A DNA stretch of 64,000 bases from an uncultured Phycisphaerales bacterium. Lineage in GTDB: Bacteria > Planctomycetota > Phycisphaerae > Sedimentisphaerales > Anaerobacaceae. The notes under the pieces are model-generated. The model was not told the DNA's origin. It was given only the letters and a program-made list of their open reading frames with translations, and made no database searches. Below, piece by piece: positions 10,955-20,997 of the stretch (positions are counted from its first letter, which is position 1; every line of letters starts with the position of its first letter). The translations under genes were made by a program, and so were the position numbers. The stretch is from positions 704,001 through 768,000 of the forward strand of contig CAVYYI010000001.1 of NCBI GenBank assembly GCA_963772725.1, given 5' to 3'.

Positions 10955-12135
10955 TTTTCATTCTCACTCATAGCGGCATCGAGAATTTCGATGGCCTTAT
11001 CGATTTCTGTTTTAGTTGTAATCATCGCTGGCATAAACCGCAGGACAGTATCGTGCGTGCAGTTTATACGCAGTCCCATTTCGAGACACTTATCGACTAT
11101 TTTCGCTCCGGGTGAGGTCAGTTGAATGCCAATCATTAGGCCGATACCGCGGACGTGGTCTATTATACTATGTCTTTGTTTTAGCTGAAGAAGTTTTTCC
11201 TTTGTATATTCTCCGACGTCAACAGCGTTTTGCAGGAGGTTGTCTTCTTCGATGGCCTCGATGACAGCGACGCCCGCTGCGCAGGCCAAGGCGTTACCGC
11301 CGAAAGTTGAGGCGTGTTTTCCAGGTACTAAGCAGGCGGCAAGTTCCTCGCGAGCCATCATCGCCCCGATGGCCACACCGCCGCCGAGGGCCTTTGCCAT
11401 AGTGATAATATCAGGCACAATATCGCTGTGCTGATAAGCGAACCATTTGCCGGTTCTCCCCATTCCGGACTGTACCTCGTCTAAAATCATTACCGCGCCG
11501 TTTTTATCGCATAATTCCCGAATAGCCTGGAGATATTCGGCAGTGGCGACGTTTATTCCGCCCTCGCCCTGGATAGGCTCAATCATAACGGCGGCGACCT
11601 CATCGGTGAAAGCGTCTTGGAGAGCTTTTATATCATTAAAGGGGACATAGATAAAGCCCGGCAGCAGCGGCAGGAAACCTTCGTGATATTTCGGCTGTGC
11701 TGTCGCGGTAACAGTCGCGAACGTTCTGCCGTGAAAACTGCCCTCGGCGGTGATAAATTTGTACTTTTCTTTGGCGGTGTAGAGGCGAGCGAGTTTCAGG
11801 GCGGCTTCGTTTGCTTCTGCGCCGCTGTTGCAGAAGAAGGTTTTACCGCCGAAAGCGCGTTCGCTGAGGAGTTTGGCTAACTGGCCCTGTGGTTCGGAGT
11901 AAAAGGTATTATCGATATGCAGAAGTTCGCCGGCCTGTTTGCGTATGGCCTCGACGACTTTCGGGTGACAATGGCCGATACCGCTTACCGCCCAGCCCGG
12001 GAACATATCGAGAATTTTGTTGCCGTCGGCGTCAAAAAGATAGCAGCCTTCGCCCTTGACGATTACCCGCGGCAGCCGCTTGTAATTGGCAATAACGTAT
12101 TTGTCAAATAATGCTATAATTTCCTTTGTTGTCAT
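10951..12135 (-). CDS. argD: acetylornithine aminotransferase
   Basis: NSGAEANEAA, SFHGRT, EPIQGEGG, DEVQSGMGRTG and AKALGGG; start placed at MTTKEII. Confidence 0.9.
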   Translation of the reverse strand: MTTKEIIALFDKYVIANYKRLPRVIVKGEGCYLFDADGNKILDMFPGWAVSGIGHCHPKVVEAIRKQAGELLHIDNTFYSEPQGQLAKLLSERAFGGKTFFCNSGAEANEAALKLARLYTAKEKYKFITAEGSFHGRTFATVTATAQPKYHEGFLPLLPGFIYVPFNDIKALQDAFTDEVAAVMIEPIQGEGGINVATAEYLQAIRELCDKNGAVMILDEVQSGMGRTGKWFAYQHSDIVPDIITMAKALGGGVAIGAMMAREELAACLVPGKHASTFGGNALACAAGVAVIEAIEEDNLLQNAVDVGEYTKEKLLQLKQRHSIIDHVRGIGLMIGIQLTSPGAKIVDKCLEMGLRINCTHDTVLRFMPAMITTKTEIDKAIEILDAAMSENEK

Positions 12136-12171
12136 TGTTTTTAATCCTGTCCGCAATTCGAATTGCAAAAT

Positions 12172-13050
12172 TTAGTTTTTAATAATTTGTGTGCCGATAC
12201 CTTTGTCGGTATAAATTTCCAGCAGCAGCGAATGTTCGATTCGTCCGTCAATAATATGCGCCTTTTTCACCCCGCCATCCAGCGCCATGAGGCAGGCCTC
12301 GACCTTCGGAAACATCGGCTCGGTGATAATACCGGCTTCAATCATTTCTTTAATCTGCTTTTCGTTGAGGCTGGATACTCTGCTCTCCGGGTCTTTCATA
12401 TCTGTCAGAATGCCGTGCGTGTCGCTTACCACGACAAGTTTTTCGGCACCAACCGCCGCGGCCACTTTCCCTGCGGCGGTATCAGCGTTGACGTTTAATT
12501 TTCCGCCGCCTTTGGCAACTGCGATGGGGGCGATGACTGGTATCGTACCGGTTGCACAGAGCGTTTTTAAGAGGTCGCCGTTAACATCTGTAACCTTGCC
12601 GACCAGCCCGAGGTCGATCTTGCGTCCGTTCTCACCGGGCAGACGCAGAGGTTCGGCGAATAAAACGCAACTGCTGAGCGAATGAAGTCCCATCGGCTTG
12701 CACCCAAGTTCTGAAAGAATTTCGCACATCGGCGTGTTGGTCTTATACACGAGGGTATGTTCAGCTATCATAAGCGTACGTTCATCGGTATATCGTCGTC
12801 CCTGCACCCAGACCGGCTCCAGGCCTGCTTCGTTCATCGCCTTTGTGATGGCTTTGCCGCCGCCGTGAACGATGATGGGCTGCATTCCGACAGTTGACAT
12901 AAAAGCGATGTCCGCCAGCAGCTTCCTCTGCAGAGAAGCGTCATCCAGGACGCTGCCGCCGAGTTTAACTACGACGATTTTCCCGCGAAACTGACGGATA
13001 TATTCCATCGCCTCAATCAGGGCTGTCGCTTTGGCAATAGCTTGTTCCAC
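12172..13050 (-). CDS. argB: acetylglutamate kinase
   Basis: VVKLGGS, VHGGG, NVNADTAA and HIIDGR motifs; GTG start with AGGAG. Confidence 0.93.
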   Translation of the reverse strand: MEQAIAKATALIEAMEYIRQFRGKIVVVKLGGSVLDDASLQRKLLADIAFMSTVGMQPIIVHGGGKAITKAMNEAGLEPVWVQGRRYTDERTLMIAEHTLVYKTNTPMCEILSELGCKPMGLHSLSSCVLFAEPLRLPGENGRKIDLGLVGKVTDVNGDLLKTLCATGTIPVIAPIAVAKGGGKLNVNADTAAGKVAAAVGAEKLVVVSDTHGILTDMKDPESRVSSLNEKQIKEMIEAGIITEPMFPKVEACLMALDGGVKKAHIIDGRIEHSLLLEIYTDKGIGTQIIKN

Positions 13051-13092
13051 GCCTTATAACTCCTTAAAAACCGATTTTAAACCAAATAAACA

Positions 13093-13121
13093 AGTTTATT
13101 ATCGCACATTTCTTTCGTCAA
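13093..13121 (-). promoter_or_regulatory. sigma70-type promoter of argBDF
   Basis: TTGACG-17 bp-TAAACT on the minus strand. Confidence 0.5.
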
Positions 13122-13273
13122 GTGATATTTGCTCCCAGCGATATATTTATTTTGGCAATTTTTTTGGTAAATAATGCCTTTCGGTTTTGATTTGCTAAAG
13201 AACTTGAAAATGTTAATATAATGATATGACCAAAATAGGGCAGGCCGCCTCGCGGTCATAATTTTACCTGTAA

Positions 13274-14282
13274 ACCTGAACTTTGTTTAAGCTGTGATGC
13301 AAAGAAATTCTCTAGGCTGGTAGCTGACGTTTTCGATTTTGAGCGAAGGCTTTTTCGGCAGTCTCGTATAGGCTATAAGGCCGGCTATCAAATGTGCCAG
13401 AAAGTTGATCGGGCTGCGGTGACGTGAATGTTCGATCTGACAGACATTTTTGAGTGTGTCATTGACCGTTTCAATCAATGAACGCTTTCGCAGCAGGATT
13501 TTATCCTCCAACTCCATCAAACGGCATTTCATATTTCGCGCATATTGGTTACCAGCTTAATTCCCTTGGCCAACAGTTTTTCAAACAGGCTCTGGCTGAT
13601 GTAACCCTTGTCGCCAAATAGCTTTCCGAACAGGCCGTCGGCCATTGTCTCCACCGTGCTGCGATCATCGACATTACCTGCTGTCAGGCGGCAGCCCAAT
13701 AAACCGCCGCGGTCATTAATGATCAGATGCAATTTAAAGCCAAAAAACCAGCCCATCGTTGTTTTACCTATTTGAGCAAGCCCGTCGAAAACACGGTTGC
13801 GGCTGATGCGTTTATTATGACAGACTTTAAGTGCGGTGCTGTCAATAAAAGAAATACCCGTGGGCTCATCCATGCCATCGGTTTGCAAATATACAAGCAG
13901 CGGGATTATTGCCCTTGGTATCAGATAAACAAAGCGGTCGTAGCTGACCATATCGGGAAAATCATGGCGGTGATGGGCAAGAAGGTAGTGATAGAAATCC
14001 TTGAAAGTGCGATAGCCGCTGGTTTGGAAGGCAATAAGAATAGTCATGATCTCGCTGGTACTTAAGTTGCCTTGCCTGTTGCGTTTACGTGTTCCATCTT
14101 CTATGAGGTGCTTTACATACATTTTTTCAAAAGCTTTCCAACAATCATCGACATTCACAAATAATGTGGTAAAATCCGCTGTCATACGGCCTCCTTGCCT
14201 GCTTGGTTAATAATATTTACAAAACTATTATTTCCATCGGCAGGTTGGCCGTTTTTCTTGTATCCTTATCCAAAGTTCAGGT
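13274..14282 (-). mobile_element. IS982-family insertion sequence (1009 bp)
   Basis: 18-bp TIRs ACCTGAACTTTGTTTAAG / ACCTGAACTTTGGATAAG (16/18); 5-bp direct repeat TGTAA on both sides. Confidence 0.9.
13287..14185 (-). CDS. IS982-family DDE transposase (one frameshift near 13530)
   Basis: [20 protein letters not shown] and [11 protein letters not shown]...HSRHRS motifs across two ORFs. Confidence 0.9.
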
Positions 14283-14381
14283 TGTAAGATAGAAAAGGTG
14301 CTTGGACGGCGTGTCCGAGCGTTGCCCATAGGCAGACCGAGGAAGGATAATGAAAAATCTTAGCTTGGAGCTTGGAGAACA

Positions 14382-14404
14382 AAAATGGTAGCTGTCCCCA
14401 TTAT
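14382..14404 (+). repeat. REP-like inverted repeat, left copy (pairs with 19343-19365)
   Basis: AAAATGGTAGCTGTCCCCATTAT vs reverse complement of the right copy AAAACGATAGCTGTCCCTATTAT, 20/23 identical. Confidence 0.7.
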
Positions 14405-14438
14405 ACCCAAGGAAATAATAATGAAAACACTGATTACT

Positions 14439-15684
14439 GAGACCTCTGAAAAACTATGCATTTTTTACAAAACATTAATGCAATTATCAGCGGATATGAT
14501 ATAATGCGTCCATTCAATAGTCAATTTTATTGCATGGAGGCAAAGATTATGGAACGCACAAGCAATCAACCAACATTTCTCAACAGTTTAACCTCTGACC
14601 TCGGCGGTCGTCGCACTGCTCAATTTTTTCAAAAATGCGACCAGCTTATACCATGGAACGAACTTGCTGAGCCGTTAAGGGATATGTACAAGAACAACAC
14701 CGACAAAGGCGGAGCATCGAATTATCCACTTGTAATGATGATAAAATGCATAATGCTGCAAAAGTGGTTTAATCTTTCCGACCCGATGCTCGAAGAGATG
14801 CTCTGTGACCGTATATCCTTCAGACGATTTGTAGGCCTTAAGATGGAACAGGATGCACCTGATGAAACTACTTTTGTGCAGTTTCGCAAGCGTCTTAATA
14901 TAAACGGCCATATAGCTACATTATTTGATAAGACTATCGCCATACTCAAAAGTCGCGGCGTTATACTCGAGGAAGGGACCTGTGTTGATGCCACTATAAT
15001 AGAAGCGCCTCGCGGCAGAACTGGCAAAGACGGTATTTCCAGCACCAAAGACAAGGCGGCAGGTTATACGAAAAAGCGTGGCAGAATATATCACGGCTAT
15101 AAGGGCCATATTGCTACTGACTGTAACGGCATGATTAAAGACTACCGTTTCGATACCGCCTCAACCCATGACAGCAGGTATATTGACGAACTTGTCGAGG
15201 ATGAGAAGGACAGTGTCTTTGCTGATAGTGCATATATGGATAAAGACCGAAAGGCAAAACTGGAGGAACGCGGCGTGTTTTGCGGAATTATTCAAAAACG
15301 AGTTCGCGGCCAGAAGGAATTAACCGCATCACAGAAATTGCATAACCGTCTGGTGGCGGGAATTCGGGCGGTGGTTGAACATCCGTTTGCGTGGATGAAG
15401 AATACCGGCTACGGCAGGACTCGATATCGAGGTATGAGGCGTAACGCCTTTGATTTTGGGTTACATGTAATAGCGTACAATTGGAAAAGGAGTTTTAGCC
15501 TGGTGAGTATTGCCGGATAACGGCACACGACCGTTATGAACAGATAAAAAGGTATACCAAAGGCATAAAAGAATCCTTTGGTAAGGCCAGAAAACAGTTT
15601 TTGCGGTGTATCGAAATAATTTTTCGAAGCACTTCAAGCAAAAATATAAGAGAATAATAAAATGTGAGGTTTTTCAGAGGTCTC
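14439..15684 (+). mobile_element. IS5-family insertion sequence (1246 bp)
   Basis: Perfect 16-bp TIR GAGACCTCTGAAAAAC; 4-bp direct repeat TACT. Confidence 0.92.
14549..15520 (+). CDS. IS5-family DDE transposase
   Basis: LQKWFNLSDP, PDETT, VDATII, GYKGHI, ADSAY and RAVVEHPF motifs; GGAGG RBS before ATG 14549. Confidence 0.92.
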   Translation: MERTSNQPTFLNSLTSDLGGRRTAQFFQKCDQLIPWNELAEPLRDMYKNNTDKGGASNYPLVMMIKCIMLQKWFNLSDPMLEEMLCDRISFRRFVGLKMEQDAPDETTFVQFRKRLNINGHIATLFDKTIAILKSRGVILEEGTCVDATIIEAPRGRTGKDGISSTKDKAAGYTKKRGRIYHGYKGHIATDCNGMIKDYRFDTASTHDSRYIDELVEDEKDSVFADSAYMDKDRKAKLEERGVFCGIIQKRVRGQKELTASQKLHNRLVAGIRAVVEHPFAWMKNTGYGRTRYRGMRRNAFDFGLHVIAYNWKRSFSLVSIAG

Positions 15685-16884
15685 TACTATCATTATGATA
15701 TGTCTTGGATTTAGCGGGTTAGTATACGCCGCTGATGAGTTGGCAGAGGCGGAAAAAACTTTTATGGACATCCGGCCAAAGATTTACATTTTAGCAAATA
15801 ATTATCCAAATGATATCCAGATACAATTGGGGGCGGCTCTTTTGGTGAACAATCCGCCTATTGCAGCGCCCTATGCCAGCGTTGAAGACGCTAAAAATGC
15901 AAGAAATGCAGAGGTAGAGGTAGGGGTATACGAATATAAGAATGTCTTCAAAATCGACACGGGCAACAAAGTCGCATCCATGCTGAAGGCAGAAAAAGTA
16001 GGCTTTGGATATGTCTCAGACAGGCGTTTACTCGTGGAGCATTTAAAAGATTTGGTTGCCATTGCTAAAGAACGCGGCAAGAAAGAGCTAAACTTGGAAT
16101 TTCCTGGGAATGATCCAGTTTGCGCGATATTCGATGGAAATGATAAAGGAATTGCCAGGTACAAGGCTGAAGTGGGTAAAGAAAGATATATATATGTAAA
16201 TAAGATTATTGATTTTAACGAGGCAATGCAATCGCTAATAGATAAGCTCGATAAGCAAAAAACTTCTGTCCTGGAAGAGATTGCAATGTATGAGCGTAAC
16301 GACCCTAATAATGCATTCTATAATTATCTGAAAGCCGCCGTTTTCTTTGCTGCCGAGGAATATGATAAAGGCTTAGCAGAATTGGAAAACGGAAGTCATA
16401 AGACTTTTACTACTTATTATAATCAACAACGTTCCGCTATGGCGGTTGTAGTAAATGACGTAAATTTTCCGTCGCCGCAGAAGGATTTTATATTGAACAC
16501 CAGGGGTTTAAGTCCCATGTATGAAGATATATGGAAGAACGGATTATTGGCTCTGGCCAAAGAATCGGAAGATGCGGGCGACTTAAAACATGCCGAAAAA
16601 ATATATGAACTTGCCATGAAAATGGCGTCACAGGTAGAGGAAGACTTTGGATACCCTTTCTACTTGAAAAAAATTATAACTGACCGCCTGAACAAAGTCC
16701 ATCAAAAGATGAAAGAATAAGGCATGCCTGCGATAATAAACAAATTTGATAAATTACATCAAACCATTTCCATATCGACCATCGACCTGGAATAATGTAA
16801 CCGTCCGACCAAGTACATATTGTAAATGCTGATGAGGTAGGGATAATCGTTTTTGGTTTTGAGGTTTATTTAAGGAACAAAATC

Positions 16885-17238
16885 ATGAGCGATAATGGTA
16901 AAGTCACAAAAGCGGACCAGACCGAGTTCTGGAAAATGGTTTTGGAAACATACAAATCAAGCAATCTGTCAATTCATCAATTTTGCAAACAGGAAGGTCT
17001 TCACGAATGGGCATTTTACTCTTGGCGTAGAAAGCTGGCAGGTCAGCAGCCTCAAAAATTCGTTACTCCAACAACACCAGATAATCCGGCATTTATCGAA
17101 GTTCCCGTCATACGCCCAAAGCCGCAGCCATTGGAACTTATACTAAGAAGCGGTCATATACTGAAAATACCCTCTGACATTGACCAGGGCACAATCAATA
17201 AGGTTTTCTCTGCATTAAAGGAAACACAGTTGTGCTGA
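16885..17238 (+). CDS. tnpA: IS66 accessory protein TnpA
   Basis: W...SNLSIHQFCKQEGL...FYSWRRKL HTH and FIEV motif; first ORF of the IS. Confidence 0.85.
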   Translation: MSDNGKVTKADQTEFWKMVLETYKSSNLSIHQFCKQEGLHEWAFYSWRRKLAGQQPQKFVTPTTPDNPAFIEVPVIRPKPQPLELILRSGHILKIPSDIDQGTINKVFSALKETQLC

Positions 17239-17591
17239 CTTTACCCTGTTCGGTACGTATTTTTGTCTCTGTTGATCCAACTGATATGCGTTGCAGTTTC
17301 GACCGTCTGGCCGCGATGACACAAACTATTTTAGGGCAGGACCCTTTAAGCGGTCATCTGTTTGTATTTTTCAATCGTTACCGCGACAGATGCAAGATAC
17401 TATTCTGGGACAGGACGGGGTTTTGTCTATGGTACAAAAGGCTGGAAGAGGGTGTATTTCGATTGCCGCATCATTCTTCAGTAAAATGTCTTGAGATGGA
17501 TTTGGCAAGGCTGACGCTGGTTCTCGAGGGCATAGACCTTTGTTCGGCACATCAGCGAAAAAGATTTTCAATTGGAAACGGCATATTTTGA
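17232..17591 (+). CDS. tnpB: IS66 accessory protein TnpB
   Basis: TDMR.SFD.L, LFVFFNR, KILFWDRTGF and KRLEEG.F motifs. Confidence 0.9.
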   Translation: MLTLPCSVRIFVSVDPTDMRCSFDRLAAMTQTILGQDPLSGHLFVFFNRYRDRCKILFWDRTGFCLWYKRLEEGVFRLPHHSSVKCLEMDLARLTLVLEGIDLCSAHQRKRFSIGNGIF

Positions 17592-17719
17592 TAATCTCAA
17601 AAAAAATATTTCACTTTTTTTTGAATATTATCATTATTTCTCTTGACATTATCCGATTATATGATATATAGGAGTCATCGTTACGGATAATGATGTAGAA
17701 AAAAGCTTTAACGGAATAA

Positions 17720-19264
17720 ATGATTACAACAAACACACCTATTACAGAACTGCCCAGCGACGTTGAAACCCTCAGAGAGATGGTTTTAAAACTGTTGGCT
17801 AATGTTGACGACCTCAATCAGCAGCTGGCCTGGTTCAAGCGTCATGTATTCGGCAGAAGGAGCGAGAAGCTTGATCCTGCCCAGAGGCTGCTTTTTGAGG
17901 GTCTTTGTACAGAACTTGAGTCGAGGATTGCGGCAGAACAACAAAAGGCTGATGCATGTGTTGAAACGCCGAAACCAAAGAATGCCAGTCATCATGGCAG
18001 ACGTCCTTTACCTGAGGATTTACCCCGCCAGCGGATAGAGTATCATCCCCCGGAAGAGGAACTTATCTGCCCATCCTGCGGAAAAGAAAAACAGGTAATC
18101 GGCGAAGAGATAACAGAGCAGCTTGATTATGTGCCTGCATCATTTGTTGTTCGTCAGCATGTGCGCATTAAATATGCCTGCCCTGACTGCAAAGAAAATG
18201 TATCCATAGCAGAACTTCCTGCATTTCCCATAGAAAAGGGTCGTCCCGGGACAGGACTGCTTGCTCATATAATTACCAGCAAATATACCGACCACCTCCC
18301 GCTTAATCGTCAGGAGAATATTTTCGGTCGGCATGATGTGGAAATCAGGCGTTCCACTATGTGTGACTGGGTAGGGCAATGTGCCGGTCTGCTTGAGCCT
18401 ATCGCCAAAGAAATGAAGAGGCAGTTGTTAAAATCGCCTAAGATTCATACCGATGATACGACCATCCCTGTTCAGTGCAAGGATCGTAAAAGCACTTATG
18501 ACGGTTATTTATGGGTATATGCCGATATGAGTGATAATGTTGTGTTCGATTTTACACCGACACGATGTCGGGATGGGCCTATCAATTTTCTGGGGAGTTA
18601 CAGCGGATATATACAGGCGGATGCATACAAGGGTTACGACAAGCTCTTTGCCGAAGGCAGATGTACTGAGGTAGGCTCTGGGCGCATTGCAGGCGCAAGT
18701 TTGATGAGGCTATTGAGACTGATAAGGAGCGAGCCGGGATTATGCTCGCATTGATAGGCAGTCTCTACGATGTGGAACGTGATGCAAAGAGACGTAACCT
18801 TGACGCTGACAGTATAAAGTCACTGCGTCAGGAAAAGAGTAAACCCATTCTCGAAGAGATTCGCAGAGTCATTGATAGCTGGTCGCTACAGATTTTGCCG
18901 AAGAGTCCAATTGGCAAGGCGATAAATTATGCACTTGGTCAGTGGAAAGCATTAAACAGATATATTGAGAACGGAATCCTTTCGATAGATAATAATCTTT
19001 CAGAACGGATTTTAAGAATGGTTGTTCTCGGGCGTAAAAACTGGCTGTTTGCCGGCAATGAGAACGGAGCCAAAGGGCAGCGACCATATACAGTCTGGTT
19101 GCAAGCTGCAAACTAAGTGATATTGACCCATTCGTATATTTCAGGGATGTTCTTGAACGTGTCAGCACGCACCCAACAGCCGGATTGCCGAACTGACACC
19201 TCCAAACTGGAAAAAGCTGTATTTCAAATCTGTCACAGAAGCAAACCCAACTCAAAACAACTAA
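17720..19264 (+). CDS. tnpC: IS66 transposase TnpC (several frameshifts in the 3' third)
   Basis: FGRRSEK, CPSCG zinc ribbon, DHLPLNRQ, HTDDT, QADAY, DNNLSER and GRKNWLFAG across ORF pieces. Confidence 0.88.
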
Positions 19265-19342
19265 ACGACAGCCCCATTCTTCGTAAAAATAAATTTCACT
19301 TGTGTACTATCCGCAACCTGTAGTTGGTCGGACGGTTACGGA

Positions 19343-19365
19343 ATAATAGGGACAGCTATCGTTTT
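19343..19365 (-). repeat. REP-like inverted repeat, right copy (pairs with 14382-14404)
   Basis: ATAATAGGGACAGCTATCGTTTT; overlaps the IS66 target duplication. Confidence 0.7.
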
Positions 19366-19429
19366 TAGTTATCCATGTTATCATTTTTACTTTTTTCCGC
19401 CTTCGGCGGATTTAATATTTCTTCCAGCG

Positions 19430-19720
19430 GCAGTTTTGTACCATCGCGGCTGATAATTTGACCTGTAATTAGGCACAAAAGAGCTGGGCGAGGCCAAAAA
19501 TAGTAACTTTTTGAAAATTACAAAAAAATGAACGGCGGTTAAACTCAAAACCGAACAGGCAACGACACGTGTAAATATCTGTAATTACGGAAGATACAAC
19601 AATGGCCGAACACCAAACGTGCATCAATCGTTCATCGAACGTGCATCGACCGTGCATCAATCGTTGCACATTAAATAATGTTAATAATGATAAGAATGAA
19701 AAGAATGGTAATTGCAACCC
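19430..19720 (+). pseudogene. degenerate phage/plasmid replication-initiator-like fragment with 11-bp iteron-like repeats
   Basis: Frames read ...WARPKIVTF..., KTEQATTRVNICNYGRY, then repeats CGTGCATCAAT/CGTTCATCGAA/CGTGCATCGAC/CGTGCATCAAT (19618-19661), then NNVNNDKNEKN. Confidence 0.45.
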
Positions 19721-19941
19721 TTCTTTTTCTTCGTTCTTTCTTTTTCTCATTTTAACTGTCAAGTCCCCAGCCCTTATTCCCAAACCCCCCAGAAAACGCT
19801 CATAAACTATAAGAAAACACATAGTAAATGCTCATAAACCGCTATAAAAATGGAAGCAAATCGCATCAAATTGCCATATTTTTCACATAATTTAAGGATT
19901 ATCAGGCCTAAAATTTAAACCTATTTATTTAGCAAAAATCC

Positions 19942-19970
19942 TTGACATACTAAGCGAGATGGGGTATTTT
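19942..19970 (+). promoter_or_regulatory. sigma70 promoter of rpsB-tsf-pyrH-frr
   Basis: TTGACA-17 bp-TATTTT. Confidence 0.6.
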
Positions 19971-20034
19971 TTACCGTTTGGCTGTCTATATGTTCGGACA
20001 GAAGTTAATATTAGAAAATATTTGGAGACTTTTT

Positions 20035-20946
20035 GTGGCTACAGAGCTGGCGACTAAATTAATTAACGCGGGCGTGCATTTTGGTCATGGTGTGAGCCGT
20101 TGGAATCCTAAGATGGCTCCGTACATCTTTACCAAAAGAGGCAAAATTCATATTATTAACGTCAAAAAGACTCTGGCGGGCATGTTAATCGCCAAGAAGC
20201 TTTTGGCGGAGATAGTTTCGTCCGGCAAGGACGTGGTCTTTGTCGGAACCAAGCGTCAGGCGCAAAAGGCGGTAGAAGCTGCCGCTGAGAAGTGCGGGAT
20301 GCACTACGTATCCAGCAGGTGGCTGGGCGGCACGCTTACGAATTTCAGGACAATCCGTTCCCGTCTGCAAAGGCTTGAACAGCTTGAGGCTATGGAGACC
20401 AAAGGTACGCTCGAGGATGAGAGCAAGAAACAGGCGTCGAGGCTGAAACGCGAAATGCGCAAGATGAAGAGTAACCTCGAAGGTATTCGCAAGATGTCCC
20501 GTCTGCCGGGTGCGGTGGTTATTGTTGATGCCGGCAAAGAATACCTCGCATTGGCTGAGGCTAAGAAACTTGATATCGCAACTATCGGAATAATCGACAC
20601 TGACGCGAACCCTGATATGGTCGATGTGGTTATTCCCGCAAACGATGATTCAATTCGGACAATAACTTTAATACTCAACGAACTTGCGGACGCGGTGGCA
20701 ATCGGCAAAACAATGGTTTCGGCTAAGCAGGAAATGCAGCCGCAAAGGCCGCGGCGTGCAAGGCCAGGCAGGGCTATTGGTCACGCTGATGAAGAACAGT
20801 CAATGTCTTCAGGCAGGGCGAGACCTGTGAGAAGGATGGGGCATGATGCGTCAGTGCCAGCTCCGGCAGAGGAGCCGCAGGCAGAATCTCAGACGCCGGC
20901 TTCGGATGAGAATAAAAGTGACCAGGAACAAGCAACACAATCCTGA
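20035..20946 (+). CDS. rpsB: 30S ribosomal protein S2
   Basis: AGVHFGH, WNPKM, FVGTK, RWLGGTLTN and IPANDD; GTG start with GGAG RBS. Confidence 0.97.
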   Translation: MATELATKLINAGVHFGHGVSRWNPKMAPYIFTKRGKIHIINVKKTLAGMLIAKKLLAEIVSSGKDVVFVGTKRQAQKAVEAAAEKCGMHYVSSRWLGGTLTNFRTIRSRLQRLEQLEAMETKGTLEDESKKQASRLKREMRKMKSNLEGIRKMSRLPGAVVIVDAGKEYLALAEAKKLDIATIGIIDTDANPDMVDVVIPANDDSIRTITLILNELADAVAIGKTMVSAKQEMQPQRPRRARPGRAIGHADEEQSMSSGRARPVRRMGHDASVPAPAEEPQAESQTPASDENKSDQEQATQS

Positions 20947-20997
20947 TAATTCATTGTATAAAAGTTGAGTTAAATATTCAGACAGGAGTTTTTGAAG

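Larger units (their letters stand above)
13239..14363 (+). pseudogene. C-terminal remnant of a REP-associated tyrosine transposase (RAYT-like), interrupted by IS982
   Basis: Removing the IS and one TGTAA copy gives in-frame GRPPRGHNFTCKIEKVLGRRVRALPIGRPRKDNEKS*, resembling the GRPLG..F...LE..LGR..R....GRP tail of RAYT proteins. Confidence 0.55.
14421..16720 (+). pseudogene. secreted helical/TPR-like protein, signal peptide interrupted by IS5 (body 15695-16720 intact)
   Basis: AAGGA RBS plus ATG AAA ACA CTG ATT ACT joins in frame across the IS to ATC ATT ATG ATA TGT, giving MKTLITIIMICLGFSGLVYA-ADEL; TPR-like DPNNAFYNYLKA. Confidence 0.75.
16797..19339 (+). mobile_element. IS66-family insertion sequence (2543 bp, tnpA-tnpB-tnpC)
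   Basis: TIRs GTAACCGTCCGACCAAGTACA / GTAACCGTCCGACCAACTACA (20/21); 8-bp direct repeat GGAATAAT. Confidence 0.93.

Noticed and set aside
13525..13545. Programmed frameshift in the IS982 transposase (and in IS66 tnpC)
   Set aside because: IS982 transposases and IS66 tnpC are normally single ORFs, no clear slippery site was seen, and the indel background is high.
14382..19365. Integron cassette or composite transposon
   Set aside because: No attC-like structure or intI seen. The three IS elements belong to different families and each has its own target duplication.
20730..20946. RpsB C-terminal extension with a short internal duplication (RARPGRAIGH / RARPVRRMGH)
   Set aside because: Disordered S2 tails are common; not distinctive enough.
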